Virus record (IMG/VR): IMGVR_UViG_3300034068_000720
Location: 1-52,670 of that record
DNA: 52,670 bases
Reading direction: 5' to 3' (one strand)
Source: a virus
Taxonomy: Duplodnaviria; Caudoviricetes
This document shows, one piece after another, positions 10,345-20,329 of this stretch (its first letter is position 1; each line of letters starts with the position of its first letter). The translations under genes and the position numbers were made by a program. The notes beneath the pieces were generated by a model. It searched no databases. It worked only from the letters and a program-made list of their open reading frames with translations, and was not told the origin of the DNA.

Positions 10345-10665
10345 ATGTTTAAAGTTGTTAAAATTCAGACTCGTCCGAATACCAGCGTTCCGTTTTGGCA
10401 AGGTCGAATTGATCCTGCATTGACCGATGAATTTAGAAATTATTACTACGAAACTTACGTTTTAACTGGTAAGTTTATCTCTGTTACAGCAGAAATTAGT
10501 GCAGACGAATTGACACTGACAAACACAATGATTTGGAATTCTGATTCAGACTGGCAATCAATGCTTGCTGACCCAATTGCACAAGAAGGTTTAATTAACA
10601 AATCCAAGGCACACTTGGCTACTCATGGTATCACTGAAGTTAATCAGCCTGGTGTAACATTCTAA
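10345..10665 (+). CDS. Hypothetical protein, paralog of 8810..9112
   Basis: AGGAG SD; shared motifs with 8810..9112. Confidence 0.75.
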   Translation: MFKVVKIQTRPNTSVPFWQGRIDPALTDEFRNYYYETYVLTGKFISVTAEISADELTLTNTMIWNSDSDWQSMLADPIAQEGLINKSKAHLATHGITEVNQPGVTF

Positions 10666-10708
10666 CCTGTAAAAATTAAATTAGAATGGTTGCATGAATA
10701 AGTACTTC

Positions 10709-11413
10709 ATGCAAACAATTTTATACACTCTCATCGTAACACATATTACTATTGCATGTGTTACGATGTTTTTACATCGTAGTCAAGCCCATCGAGGCGT
10801 TGAATTTCACCCCGTAGTAAGTCATTTCATGCGCTTATGGTTATGGATGACAACGGGTCAAATTACCAAGCAATGGGTGGCCGTACACCGCAAGCATCAT
10901 AGATTCACAGAGGTAGAAGGTGATCCACATAGCCCACACGTATTTGGTTTTTGGCGTGTGCTGTTTAAGGGTGCCTTCTTATATCATTCAGCTAGCAAAG
11001 ACGCAGAAATGGTAAAACAATATGGCGCAGGCACACCTGATGATTGGATAGAACAAAATGTTTACACTAAGCATAGTCGTGTGGGCATCATGCTTATGTT
11101 GCTGATAGACATCTTACTATTTGGTTGGATGGGGTTAGTAGTATGGGGTATCCAAATGATATGGATTCCATTCTGGGCCGCTGGTGTTATCAATGGTCTA
11201 GGTCACTGGTGGGGATATCGTAATGGCGAAACAAAAGATCAAAGCAGGAACATTATGCCTTGGGGCATTCTTATTGGCGGTGAATGTCTTCATAATAATC
11301 ATCACCTTGAACCCGGCAATCCTCGTCTCAGTCGTCGCTGGTTTGAATTTGATATAGGCTGGCTGTACATTCGAACTTTAGTAATACTCAGACTGGCAAC
11401 TCTACGTACTTGA
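10709..11413 (+). CDS. Membrane fatty acid (delta-9-type) desaturase
   Basis: His boxes HRSQAH, HRKHH, HNNHH; transmembrane segments. Confidence 0.92.
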   Translation: MQTILYTLIVTHITIACVTMFLHRSQAHRGVEFHPVVSHFMRLWLWMTTGQITKQWVAVHRKHHRFTEVEGDPHSPHVFGFWRVLFKGAFLYHSASKDAEMVKQYGAGTPDDWIEQNVYTKHSRVGIMLMLLIDILLFGWMGLVVWGIQMIWIPFWAAGVINGLGHWWGYRNGETKDQSRNIMPWGILIGGECLHNNHHLEPGNPRLSRRWFEFDIGWLYIRTLVILRLATLRT

Positions 11414-11438
11414 CAAAATAATTCTTTTATGTTATACT
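11410..11438 (+). promoter_or_regulatory. sigma70-type promoter
   Basis: TTGACA-17-TATACT with extended TG. Confidence 0.7.
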
Positions 11439-11461
11439 TGTTATATCATCAAGGAGTTTAA

Positions 11462-11638
11462 ATGGAAGATGAAAGCCACTTACCAGTAGCAGAACAAAGC
11501 CTGGTGTTCCGTTTGCGAAAGCGAGCAGAAATACGTAGACAAATCCAAAGCCGTAAAAGCGTTACTGAAGGTAAGCCAGATCGCATTGCCGACCTGCTAG
11601 AAGAAGCTGCCAACGAAATTGAACGTTTACTAAAATAA
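11462..11638 (+). CDS. Small hypothetical protein (58 aa; not in ORF track)
   Basis: AAGGAG SD; MEDESHLPVAEQSLVFRLRKRAEIRR..DLLEEAANEIERLLK. Confidence 0.75.
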   Translation: MEDESHLPVAEQSLVFRLRKRAEIRRQIQSRKSVTEGKPDRIADLLEEAANEIERLLK

Positions 11639-11639
11639 C

Positions 11640-12179
11640 ATGAAAAAATGGATTACCAGTGACATTCACTTTGGACATGTCAACATATTAAAGTTTTGTG
11701 CTGATTCGCGCCCGTTCCGAGATGTTGATGACATGGACACAACAATTATTAAGAATTGGAACAGCTTAGTTGGTCACAATGATATTGTTTACATCTTGGG
11801 CGATGTGGCGTTTTTGCCCCCTGATCAAGCTGTGCGTACAATGCGTAGGCTCAACGGCACCAAGATTCTGATCAAAGGAAATCACGATGCCAAGTTGTTG
11901 CGCGAGTCATCTGAGTTTATTGATTGCTTTAAGGAAATACACGACTACTTGGATTTAAAACACAATGGTCATCGCATAATAATGTTTCATTATCCAATTT
12001 GGGAATGGGATGGCATGCACCACGGCACCATACACTTTCACGGACACTGTCATGGGAGACCAACAAATGTACCTGGCAAGATACTTGACGTTGCAATGGA
12101 TGCCAATCAATGCTTACCTGTACTGTTAGATGATGCAATTGCCCAAGTAAACAAACTACCTGTAAGGAAACACCACTAA
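11640..12179 (+). CDS. Calcineurin-like metallophosphoesterase
   Basis: SDIHFGH, LGDV, GNHD, HGHCH. Confidence 0.9.
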   Translation: MKKWITSDIHFGHVNILKFCADSRPFRDVDDMDTTIIKNWNSLVGHNDIVYILGDVAFLPPDQAVRTMRRLNGTKILIKGNHDAKLLRESSEFIDCFKEIHDYLDLKHNGHRIIMFHYPIWEWDGMHHGTIHFHGHCHGRPTNVPGKILDVAMDANQCLPVLLDDAIAQVNKLPVRKHH

Positions 12180-12436
12180 TGTCTAGTTTAGCTGAATATT
12201 TTGCACTACATCGTCCAGTGGCCAAATGGTCGTTTGGAGAGCGTGTGACGGGTAAGTTCAATGGCGTTCCCTTTGTTGGCACCACCGGCGGCGAAGGTAT
12301 GATCAATGAGCAAGAAGGTAGCATAGTCACAGTATTTGTAGACTTGCCAATCAAGCACAATGGCACCTGGCATACCACGTTTATCAAAGTAAAGCCCAAT
12401 GCTATCAAAAAGCTTTCACAACTAGTTTTGCCATAA
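12179..12436 (+). CDS. Hypothetical protein
   Basis: Translationally coupled ORF. Confidence 0.65.
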   Translation: MSSLAEYFALHRPVAKWSFGERVTGKFNGVPFVGTTGGEGMINEQEGSIVTVFVDLPIKHNGTWHTTFIKVKPNAIKKLSQLVLP

Positions 12437-12529
12437 TCTGCTGTATCGGTAACTTCTCGGTGTGTTTAGTGTATAATTAGTTTTGTAAGACAACAGTTTT
12501 ACTACACACTCAAACACAGGAGAACTACA

Positions 12530-12796
12530 ATGAGTACAATCGCCCCCAACGGCTACACCATTCGTCTTGAACTACTCAAGATGGCAAAAGAAATGCTAGA
12601 ACAAGACTGGCATGCACAGCGTGATGCTGTTATGACTGACTACAGTACCAGAGTTGGATTTGCAACTGCCCAGGCTGAAAAGATGGGTTTCCAAAATACC
12701 ACACCACCAACTCAACCCACCTTCCAACCTTTCCCTACAGAGGAACAGATTATCAAGAAGGCCAAAGTCCTAAACGAGTTTATCAATACCAAATAA
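12530..12796 (+). CDS. Hypothetical phage protein
   Basis: AGGAG SD; YTIRLELLKMAK..PTEEQII. Confidence 0.75.
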   Translation: MSTIAPNGYTIRLELLKMAKEMLEQDWHAQRDAVMTDYSTRVGFATAQAEKMGFQNTTPPTQPTFQPFPTEEQIIKKAKVLNEFINTK

Positions 12797-12918
12797 CTTA
12801 AACTAGTTTAGCCAAAAGGAGTCTATATGGTAAAGAACTATATAGACTTTCTTGTGAAAGCTTGCTATAATTGTAATACCATCCACATAGTGATGTACTA
12901 AAAACAAGGAAACTTAAA

Positions 12919-13197
12919 ATGTTAAAGAAATTCGACGAAACTACTAAACAGTACAAACTGTTCCGCGCCTTGGTTATCAATGGTGAGTCATTGACAGAAG
13001 CCGCTATCCAGAAGCGTTTCGGTATCAAGAACCCAACTGCTACAATCAGCGTTATCCGTCAACGTGGTTATGCTGTTTATGCTAATCCGCGTAAAGCTGG
13101 CAACGGCGTACAAGTTACTGAATACCGCCATGGTGAAGCCAGCCGCAAGATGGTTGCTTTAGCATACAAAGCACAAGCTATGGGCATCACACTCTAA
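12919..13197 (+). CDS. Small basic, probable HTH DNA-binding protein
   Basis: AAGGA SD; GESLT..IQKRFGIKNPTATISVIRQRGYAV. Confidence 0.6.
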   Translation: MLKKFDETTKQYKLFRALVINGESLTEAAIQKRFGIKNPTATISVIRQRGYAVYANPRKAGNGVQVTEYRHGEASRKMVALAYKAQAMGITL

Positions 13198-13218
13198 TTT
13201 TAAATTAGTTTGTTTACC

Positions 13219-13244
13219 AAAAGGATGCTACGGCATCCTTTTTT
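13219..13244 (+). terminator. Intrinsic terminator
   Basis: AAAAGGATGC-TACG-GCATCCTTTTTT. Confidence 0.85.
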
Positions 13245-13274
13245 CACGATAAGTATTGCATATAGGAGTAACAC

Positions 13275-14069
13275 ATGCCAAAAAGAATTCTAATCATGGG
13301 CTTACCTGGAGCAGGTAAGACATATCTAGCACAACATATTGTAGACCACTTACAAGCAGATAAAAAGAAAGTTGGTTGGCTAAATGCCGATGATGTGCGT
13401 AAAAAGTACAACGACTGGGATTTCAGTCATGAAGGCCGTATTCGTCAAAGTTTGCGTATGCGTGAACTAGCTGATGCTATGACGGACGTAGATTATGTTA
13501 TCTGTGACTTTGTTGCACCGCTGGTTGAAATGCGTAACAACTTCAAAGCAGATTGGACAGTATGGGTTGATACCATTCGCGAAGGCCGTTATGCCGACAC
13601 CAACGCTATGTTCATTGAACCTGAAGTGTACGACTTCCGTATCATAGAACAGAAAGCAGAAAAGTGGGGCGAGTTCATTGCCGCACACATCTTAGACAAT
13701 AGACGTCGTCCTGTGTTTGATTGGAAAAAAGAAACTGTACAGATGCTGGGTCGTTGGCAACCATGGCATGATGGACATCGTGCATTGTTTGAACGCCTGT
13801 TGGCCAAGACAGGACAAGTTGTCATTCAAGTACGTGATGTACAAGGTTGGCAAGGCAGTAATCCATTTGAGGTAGAAAAGGTCAAAAGTTTTATTAAACG
13901 TGATTTAGATACCTTATATCAAGGTCAATATGAAATTCAAGTTGTTCCGAATATCGTACATATTGGATGGGGCCGTGGTGTAGGATATACCTCAGGTGAA
14001 GAAACATTTAATGATTCAATAACCGATATTAGTGCAACTAAAATCCGTAAAGAATTAGGACTAAAATAA
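13275..14069 (+). CDS. Adenylylsulfate-kinase-like P-loop domain fused to nucleotidyltransferase-like domain
   Basis: GLPGAGKT, LNADDVR, WDFSHEGR; C-terminal GRWQPWHDGH and ISATKIR. Confidence 0.75.
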   Translation: MPKRILIMGLPGAGKTYLAQHIVDHLQADKKKVGWLNADDVRKKYNDWDFSHEGRIRQSLRMRELADAMTDVDYVICDFVAPLVEMRNNFKADWTVWVDTIREGRYADTNAMFIEPEVYDFRIIEQKAEKWGEFIAAHILDNRRRPVFDWKKETVQMLGRWQPWHDGHRALFERLLAKTGQVVIQVRDVQGWQGSNPFEVEKVKSFIKRDLDTLYQGQYEIQVVPNIVHIGWGRGVGYTSGEETFNDSITDISATKIRKELGLK

Positions 14070-14128
14070 CTGATAATAATCAATAATATTAACTATATTA
14101 TGCTTCAATAATAGTTAATATTATATAT

Positions 14129-14213
14129 TGTAGCAGAAAAACAACAAAAAGCCCTACTTCTTGTAGGGTTTTTCACGAAAGTGGTTGACGGCCGGCCCAA
14201 GACCGCTTATAAT
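14129..14213 (+). promoter_or_regulatory. Early promoter cassette (degenerate palindrome, hairpin, sigma70 promoter)
   Basis: TGTAGCAGAAAAACAACA; GCCCTAC/GTAGGGT hairpin; TTGACG-17-TATAAT. Confidence 0.7.
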
Positions 14214-14243
14214 ACATACATACACACAAAAAGGAGCTTCCGA

Positions 14244-14630
14244 ATGCGTAATTTTACTAAACAAGAACACCTTAACAGCATCGATACCAATGATATTGGT
14301 GAGTTCATTGAGGACTTTGGCGACGAAACACTGAACAAGGCCTTTGGCAAGTTCTGTATCATGGACGACCAAGGTGCTTACAATTCCTTGTTGGAAGATA
14401 TGGGCTACCTCGAGGACGAGATTGACAATGAGCAGTGTACCATCGTTCACGATACTGTAGTTGAAACCCTCAAGCAAGTGAACTTGGTGTTTAAGAACTT
14501 AGGTTTGGATCTGGAATTCAAAAGTGCAGACATGGTAGAGCACGTGGCCTTTATGCTTACCGGCAAAGGTGACACGCCTGAGGACATGGGCCACCGTATC
14601 CGTAAATTGGTTGACGGCAAAGCAGTTTAA
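14244..14630 (+). CDS. Hypothetical acidic early protein
   Basis: AAGGAG SD after promoter. Confidence 0.75.
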   Translation: MRNFTKQEHLNSIDTNDIGEFIEDFGDETLNKAFGKFCIMDDQGAYNSLLEDMGYLEDEIDNEQCTIVHDTVVETLKQVNLVFKNLGLDLEFKSADMVEHVAFMLTGKGDTPEDMGHRIRKLVDGKAV

Positions 14631-14639
14631 TAGTATAAT
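14611..14639 (+). promoter_or_regulatory. sigma70-type early promoter
   Basis: TTGACG-17-TATAAT. Confidence 0.7.
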
Positions 14640-14663
14640 ACATACATATTAATGGAGTTACCA

Positions 14664-15086
14664 ATGAAACACACTATTATATTAGACAATGGTACCTATC
14701 TACAGGTCAATGACTTGGGATGGACCGAGCGTAAGACACCACGCCAGTACAAAAATCTGGCAGAAGCCCAGCACCATTTACAATGGGGCATTGCCATGTG
14801 TCATACTAATGTTAAACTTAGAACAGACTACATTGCAACTTATCACAAAGACAAAACTAAATTTGAAAAGGCCGTTGCCAAAGAACAGTCACTGATTAAC
14901 CAGCTAGAGACACAACCTTATAACAAGGTAGCAGATCAAATTAAGAAGGCTCACTTTAACATTGATCAACTCACTGTCAAGTTTTATCCTGAAAGCCGCC
15001 TTAAGGATTTCAACCGTGATACCAAGTTCCTTGCAAGTGCCAAGCAAGTACTTGCCAACAACCCCAGGATCATTCCTTTAGGTTGA
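14664..15086 (+). CDS. Hypothetical early protein
   Basis: GGAG SD after promoter. Confidence 0.7.
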   Translation: MKHTIILDNGTYLQVNDLGWTERKTPRQYKNLAEAQHHLQWGIAMCHTNVKLRTDYIATYHKDKTKFEKAVAKEQSLINQLETQPYNKVADQIKKAHFNIDQLTVKFYPESRLKDFNRDTKFLASAKQVLANNPRIIPLG

Positions 15087-15111
15087 CAGGATCTAAAAAA
15101 TCTAGTATAAT
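15083..15111 (+). promoter_or_regulatory. sigma70-type early promoter
   Basis: TTGACA-17-TATAAT. Confidence 0.75.
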
Positions 15112-15136
15112 TAACACATACACACAAGGAACCAAA

Positions 15137-15463
15137 ATGGCTACAACAGACACAGTCCGTAAGTTAGGCAAATTTGAGGAATATTGGAGTGCCAAATATC
15201 CTCCAAGTAAAAGCACTAAAGCACAACTGCCAATGGGTAAAGCCAGCGCAGAATTTTGCATGTATGGTTACACACAAAGAACTTTTACCGACGCCACTAC
15301 ACATTACTTTGGAGTCCATACTGCTACTGGTATAGAGGTTAGTGCCAGGACTAGAGAAGGTGCAGTTAAGGCCTTGGCCACAGTAGAGCGCAAACAGACA
15401 AAGATTAAAGAGGCTATTGCTTTTTTAAAGTCTGCAGGTTATCAAATTTCCAAATCTGTTTAA
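15137..15463 (+). CDS. Hypothetical early protein
   Basis: AAGGA SD after promoter. Confidence 0.7.
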   Translation: MATTDTVRKLGKFEEYWSAKYPPSKSTKAQLPMGKASAEFCMYGYTQRTFTDATTHYFGVHTATGIEVSARTREGAVKALATVERKQTKIKEAIAFLKSAGYQISKSV

Positions 15464-15471
15464 GGATAAAC

Positions 15472-17565
15472 ATGAAACTCAAAGCACTAACATTAGCTAT
15501 TGCACTGGCCCTGGGCAGTAATGCCTACGCACAAACAAAGGCTCTTAACTATGAGGCCAAAGAAATTAGTACTGTCCTTAAAGTTGGCGGAGTTACCAAC
15601 GCATGGGCACGTGGCATCACTGGTAAAGGGGTTACCATTGCTGTACTTGACAATGGTTTTGACTTGGCACACAAAGACTTTGCAGGCAAAGTAGTTGCCA
15701 GCAAGAACTTTAACAGTGTTATTGCCTGGAACAACCCCAAAGACCCAACAGCAGTTACTTGGGGCTGGCACGGCACAATGATGGCTGGCATTGCGGCGGC
15801 AGCCAACAATGGAGTAGGCACAGTAGGTGTTGCTCCAGATGCTCGGCTTTTATTGGGCCAAGTTGGGCAAGGCGGAGAAACAGTTAGTGTGGAAATGGCC
15901 GCAGTATATAAAGGCATTGACTGGGCTAGTGCCAATGGCGCCACAGTTATTAACCTGAGCCTGGGCTCAAACTTTGATAAAAACTTCCAAAAGGGAATGA
16001 CGTTACTCAATGCCAGCCAAAGCGGCATCTGGAAAGCACCAACTGTAAATGGAGCATTGTATAATGGTTACAGTATCAAAGAAGTTAGTGCGTTTGCAGT
16101 AGGCACCAATCGAGGCAGTATCATTGTTGCCTCATCCGGTAACCAAGGCTTGCCTTATGCACAATATCCTGGTGCATTTGCTACACAAGTTGACAGCACA
16201 GGCAAACTGGTGCTTGGTGGTCGTATGTTGATTGTTGGTGCCACTGTACCAGACGGCACAAGCATGGCATCCTTCTCAAATCGTGCAGGTAGCATTTGTA
16301 CACACATTGTAGGCACAACCTGTAATGATCCTTATCTGGTCAAAGACTTCTTTGTTGTGGCACCAGGCATGCAAGTTTATGGCAGTGCTCCAAATCAAAT
16401 GAACAGGGGTGCTGATGGGTCTATGGCAACAAGCGGCACAAGCCCTGCGGCGGCCTATGTGTCAGGTGGCATTGCATTGATGAAGCAGGCATGGCCACAG
16501 TTACGTCCAGAGCAACTGGTAGCAGTCACTCTAAAAACAGCCAAGGATCTTGGTGCAAAGGGTGTTGACGATGTGTTTGGACATGGCTTAGTAGACTTTG
16601 ATGCGGCAACACGGCCCATGGGCACACTAGTACTTGCCAACAATACAAAGTTAACTGGCTCAGGCCCACAAGGTAAAGTGCTACAATTACAAGGCACAGG
16701 CGTAGTAACCGCAGGTGCATCTAGTTTGAGCACCAGCTCAGTATTGCAAAACTCTCAAGCAGTGGATACAATTGGACGCAACTATGCAGTGGACTTGACC
16801 AAGGCAGTCAGCTACAGCAATGCACTAAGTTACCAATATGGTACACCTTGGATGAGCATGGCAGGCTCAAACTATAAGCACCTTGTTACGCCACTTGGTC
16901 GTGATGGTGTGTTAACACTTATGTCTAGCGATGGTGGTGCATCTAGTCAGTATGAATGGCAACATGACACAAGCACACGTCTAAGCTTTGAGGCAGGTAC
17001 ACTACAAGAACGCAACGGCTTCTTGGGCACACAAGGTGGTGGCGCAATGGCATTTGGTGGTAGCAGTACTGTATGGACAGGTGTTGGCTTTAACCAAGCT
17101 ATCACTGGCAACACGGCCCTGGTAGGAAACTACACCATGGGTATCACACGTACAGGCAATGTACAAGACAGCATGATCCAACTTGGCTCTAATGTAATTG
17201 CTGATTCGTGGAAGCTGGGCGTAGCACAAAACAATTTGATGTTTAGTGGCAAGACCAAAGACACATTAAGTTTAGCGGTAGCTACTCCAGTGGCAGTACG
17301 CAAAGGCTATGCAAATGTTACAGGTGTAACAGGCTACACTTACACTGACAATGATGATGGTACAACAGATGCTAACCCAATCACACAAACAGAACGTGTA
17401 AGCTTGTCTCCCAAAGCACGTGAGATGAACTTGGTGTTAGGTTATACTGTAACGCAGAACAATACATCATCAATTGGAGTCAATGTAGTTAGACAATTTA
17501 ATGCAGGTGGGCAAGCAGGCGTACAAGGCACAGGCGTATCAATTATGGCACGTAGCGTATTTTAA
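15472..17565 (+). CDS. Secreted S8 subtilase with probable C-terminal outer-membrane beta-barrel
   Basis: Signal peptide; triad motifs VLDNG, HGT, GTSPAA; amphipathic strands ending in Phe. Confidence 0.9.
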   Translation: MKLKALTLAIALALGSNAYAQTKALNYEAKEISTVLKVGGVTNAWARGITGKGVTIAVLDNGFDLAHKDFAGKVVASKNFNSVIAWNNPKDPTAVTWGWHGTMMAGIAAAANNGVGTVGVAPDARLLLGQVGQGGETVSVEMAAVYKGIDWASANGATVINLSLGSNFDKNFQKGMTLLNASQSGIWKAPTVNGALYNGYSIKEVSAFAVGTNRGSIIVASSGNQGLPYAQYPGAFATQVDSTGKLVLGGRMLIVGATVPDGTSMASFSNRAGSICTHIVGTTCNDPYLVKDFFVVAPGMQVYGSAPNQMNRGADGSMATSGTSPAAAYVSGGIALMKQAWPQLRPEQLVAVTLKTAKDLGAKGVDDVFGHGLVDFDAATRPMGTLVLANNTKLTGSGPQGKVLQLQGTGVVTAGASSLSTSSVLQNSQAVDTIGRNYAVDLTKAVSYSNALSYQYGTPWMSMAGSNYKHLVTPLGRDGVLTLMSSDGGASSQYEWQHDTSTRLSFEAGTLQERNGFLGTQGGGAMAFGGSSTVWTGVGFNQAITGNTALVGNYTMGITRTGNVQDSMIQLGSNVIADSWKLGVAQNNLMFSGKTKDTLSLAVATPVAVRKGYANVTGVTGYTYTDNDDGTTDANPITQTERVSLSPKAREMNLVLGYTVTQNNTSSIGVNVVRQFNAGGQAGVQGTGVSIMARSVF

Positions 17566-17576
17566 GGAAGTTACCA

Positions 17577-17813
17577 ATGTCAAAGAAAACAGCACGTAAA
17601 ATTGAACTAGATGGTGAAACAGCAGATCGTATCACAGTCTTAAACTTAATAGATTATCGTGCGTATCTTAAAACAGAATTGAATTTGTGGAAGAAGAATC
17701 CCAGGTCTGATACTAACCCGGATGGTTATTGGTTGCACCCAGATGATGTAGCAGGTAACATCAAGGCCATTGAGGCTCTTAACTTGATTATCAAACATTT
17801 TGGAGAACAGTAA
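17577..17813 (+). CDS. Hypothetical protein
   Basis: AAGGA SD. Confidence 0.7.
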   Translation: MSKKTARKIELDGETADRITVLNLIDYRAYLKTELNLWKKNPRSDTNPDGYWLHPDDVAGNIKAIEALNLIIKHFGEQ

Positions 17814-18358
17814 TGAATGAGAAACTAGACGCAGAACTTTGTAGCACATACCCCAAGCTATTTGCTAATCGTTATGCAGATATGAAGACAACAGCCATGT
17901 GTTGGGGTTTTGACTGCGGTGATGGATGGTATAATATTATTAAGGCATTGTGCAGTAACATTCAACACCACATTGACAACAGCATTAAACGCAACAAGTC
18001 TGACAGCGACTACAACATGATGTTAATTGAAATACACCAAGGTAAGTTTGATCGATTTGATGAATACTACAAAGGCTTCCAGGAACACTTTAGGGAAGAA
18101 AAACGTGAAGAACTTCTCAAGGAAGAATTCCGTGAGGTGCATCCTGTTGTAGAACAAGTCACAGTAGACCAAGTCAAAGAAAAGTTTGGCGCTTTGCGTT
18201 TTTACTACACAGGTGGTAACGATGAAATTAGCGGAATGGTTCGTATGGCTGAGTCAATGAGTGTACTAACTTGTGAAACCTGCGGCAAGCCCGGCGAACA
18301 ACGGCATGGCGGTTGGATTAGGACCTTGTGTGACGAACACGCGGCAAACCGAACATGA
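17813..18358 (+). CDS. Hypothetical phage protein with C-terminal Cys motif
   Basis: CGDGW, QVKEKFGALRFY, CETCG..LC. Confidence 0.75.
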   Translation: MNEKLDAELCSTYPKLFANRYADMKTTAMCWGFDCGDGWYNIIKALCSNIQHHIDNSIKRNKSDSDYNMMLIEIHQGKFDRFDEYYKGFQEHFREEKREELLKEEFREVHPVVEQVTVDQVKEKFGALRFYYTGGNDEISGMVRMAESMSVLTCETCGKPGEQRHGGWIRTLCDEHAANRT

Positions 18359-18840
18359 CAACATTATATGTACTAGTTGGTGTTCCGGGTTCAGGTAAAA
18401 CCACTTGGATCGGACTCCAATCTTTTGATTGGGACAATACTGTAATCATCAGCACTGATCGATATGTAGAGCAATATGCTATTGCAATGAACAAAACTTA
18501 TTCAGATGTCTTTAAAGAGTACATGCCCACAGCAGTAGATAAGATGGCACAGGCCGCAGTAGATGCATTCAAGGCCAATAAGGTTGTAGTTTGGGACCAG
18601 ACCAGTACTTCAGTTAGTGCTCGTGCAAAAAAGTTACGTATGGTGCCTGCACACTACACCAAGATAGCAGTTGTATTTGAAACGCCACGTAAAGATATAC
18701 ATGATAAGTTTTTGAACCGGCCCGGTAAGAAAATTCCATCTGAAGTGATTCAGAACATGATTTCTAATTTTGTTTATCCATCAGTAAGTGAAGGCTTTGA
18801 TAAAATTATCATTGCAAAGTTAAAAGGAATAGATCAATGA
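18355..18840 (+). CDS. P-loop kinase (AAA_33 / polynucleotide-kinase-like)
   Basis: GVPGSGKTT, ISTD, DQTS, EGFD. Confidence 0.8.
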   Translation: MTTLYVLVGVPGSGKTTWIGLQSFDWDNTVIISTDRYVEQYAIAMNKTYSDVFKEYMPTAVDKMAQAAVDAFKANKVVVWDQTSTSVSARAKKLRMVPAHYTKIAVVFETPRKDIHDKFLNRPGKKIPSEVIQNMISNFVYPSVSEGFDKIIIAKLKGIDQ

Positions 18841-19877
18841 AAACTAAATTTGCCATTCTTGCCCTTGCCCTTGTATTTGCAGGATGTAGTGGATGCGGTG
18901 GTGGTGGCTCTGATGCTCAAACTATCAGTGTATCTGCACCAACTGTACCATCAGCACCAATACTCCCAGCGTATAGTACTACCCTTGGTGTTGCAGAATA
19001 TAATTTTGAAAATACAGTAATCAAGACCAACGTTGTCCCCAGCAGTGACTTTTATAAACAGCTTGCAACATTCTGGGGTCTTGGCACGTTAGCCCCAATG
19101 ATACCAGCATTTGATGGCAAAGGCTTGCTTATTGCAAGTTGGACACCTAGCAATAAACCTAATGCTCCTACATTTGTACTTGCACATGGTGGGGGTGGTG
19201 GCATAGGCGCTACAGAATTTATATTAGGAGCAGATCTCATATCAAGGACTGGTGCAAATATCTTAATTGTTGACAGTACCTGGAGTCGAGGAAGGATTAG
19301 CAACGGTGGCGATAGTATTCCTACATCTGGAAAGACTATGAGTTCTAATGCTCGCATGTTTGATTTGGTTGCCGCAGGAAGATGGCTTGCAACGCAGGGT
19401 GTTGATCCTAAGAAAACTTATGCCATTGGTATGAGTCAAGGTGGTTGGGGTGTTTTAAGAGCATTTACAAACGACCCAATGATAACAACATTAGTCAAAC
19501 CATATTATGCAGGCGGAGTTTCACTTTATCCTCCGTGTGAAGAGCCTGGAACTAAACACACAGAGGAACGTAATTTCACATTCCATAAACTTGGTCCGTA
19601 CCATAGCAAGGTGCTATTAATTACTGGCGCACTAGACACACTTACGCCTGTATCATATTGCTCAGACTCAACTGTCAAGTCAGTTGACAAGTGGTTGCAT
19701 TGGGAAGATGCAACGCACTCATTTAACATGTCAACTGGTAGTGCATTTCAGCGATCAATTGATGGCGTTTGTCAAACCATGGTCAATGGCTTTGGCGCAC
19801 ATCAATTCTGTTACAACGAACGCAGAGCAACACAAATGTTAAATGAAGTTCAACAATTTTCAGCAGTAGGACAATGA
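18837..19877 (+). CDS. Lipoprotein alpha/beta hydrolase (dienelactone hydrolase family)
   Basis: Lipobox FAGC; HGGGG; GMSQGG; D and H of triad (GALD, ATHSF). Confidence 0.8.
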   Translation: MKTKFAILALALVFAGCSGCGGGGSDAQTISVSAPTVPSAPILPAYSTTLGVAEYNFENTVIKTNVVPSSDFYKQLATFWGLGTLAPMIPAFDGKGLLIASWTPSNKPNAPTFVLAHGGGGGIGATEFILGADLISRTGANILIVDSTWSRGRISNGGDSIPTSGKTMSSNARMFDLVAAGRWLATQGVDPKKTYAIGMSQGGWGVLRAFTNDPMITTLVKPYYAGGVSLYPPCEEPGTKHTEERNFTFHKLGPYHSKVLLITGALDTLTPVSYCSDSTVKSVDKWLHWEDATHSFNMSTGSAFQRSIDGVCQTMVNGFGAHQFCYNERRATQMLNEVQQFSAVGQ

Positions 19878-20329
19878 AAAAAATCTACTATGAAAAGGTT
19901 GGCCGGCGCTATAAGCCAGTATCAGAATACGATAGCGAATACTTGGATAGCTTTCCAAAAGGTAATCATCTTGTGATGTGCTATCCAGGCGGACAAAGTC
20001 GACGCTTCAATATTAATCCTGCACTGGCACCAATGATTGCCGCAGGACGTTATGCCGAAGATGCCATGAGCGCGGCACTGGTCAAGGCCAGTGAAATGCG
20101 CCCGCATAACAAGCCTATTACCGAAAAACAAAAGAAAGCTTGGATAGCCTTGGCCAAGGCCTTTGGTGATGATCGTTACTACATTGAAATCCCCAGTGCT
20201 AGAGAAGTTACCGAGGCAGGCTTAAAGGCAATGGAGGTAGAAGCTTCTAAGTTAATGGATCATCCAATGGTGCAGGCCGCTTACAATGAATTTATGGCTA
20301 CGTGTAAATTAGTTTTGGATTCTAAGTAA
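19874..20329 (+). CDS. Hypothetical protein
   Basis: Coupled ORF with AGGA SD. Confidence 0.7.
   Translation: MKKIYYEKVGRRYKPVSEYDSEYLDSFPKGNHLVMCYPGGQSRRFNINPALAPMIAAGRYAEDAMSAALVKASEMRPHNKPITEKQKKAWIALAKAFGDDRYYIEIPSAREVTEAGLKAMEVEASKLMDHPMVQAAYNEFMATCKLVLDSK

Noticed and set aside
8810-10665. The two small paralogs as RiPP precursor peptides
   Set aside because: They look like folded ~100-aa domains with no leader/core structure.
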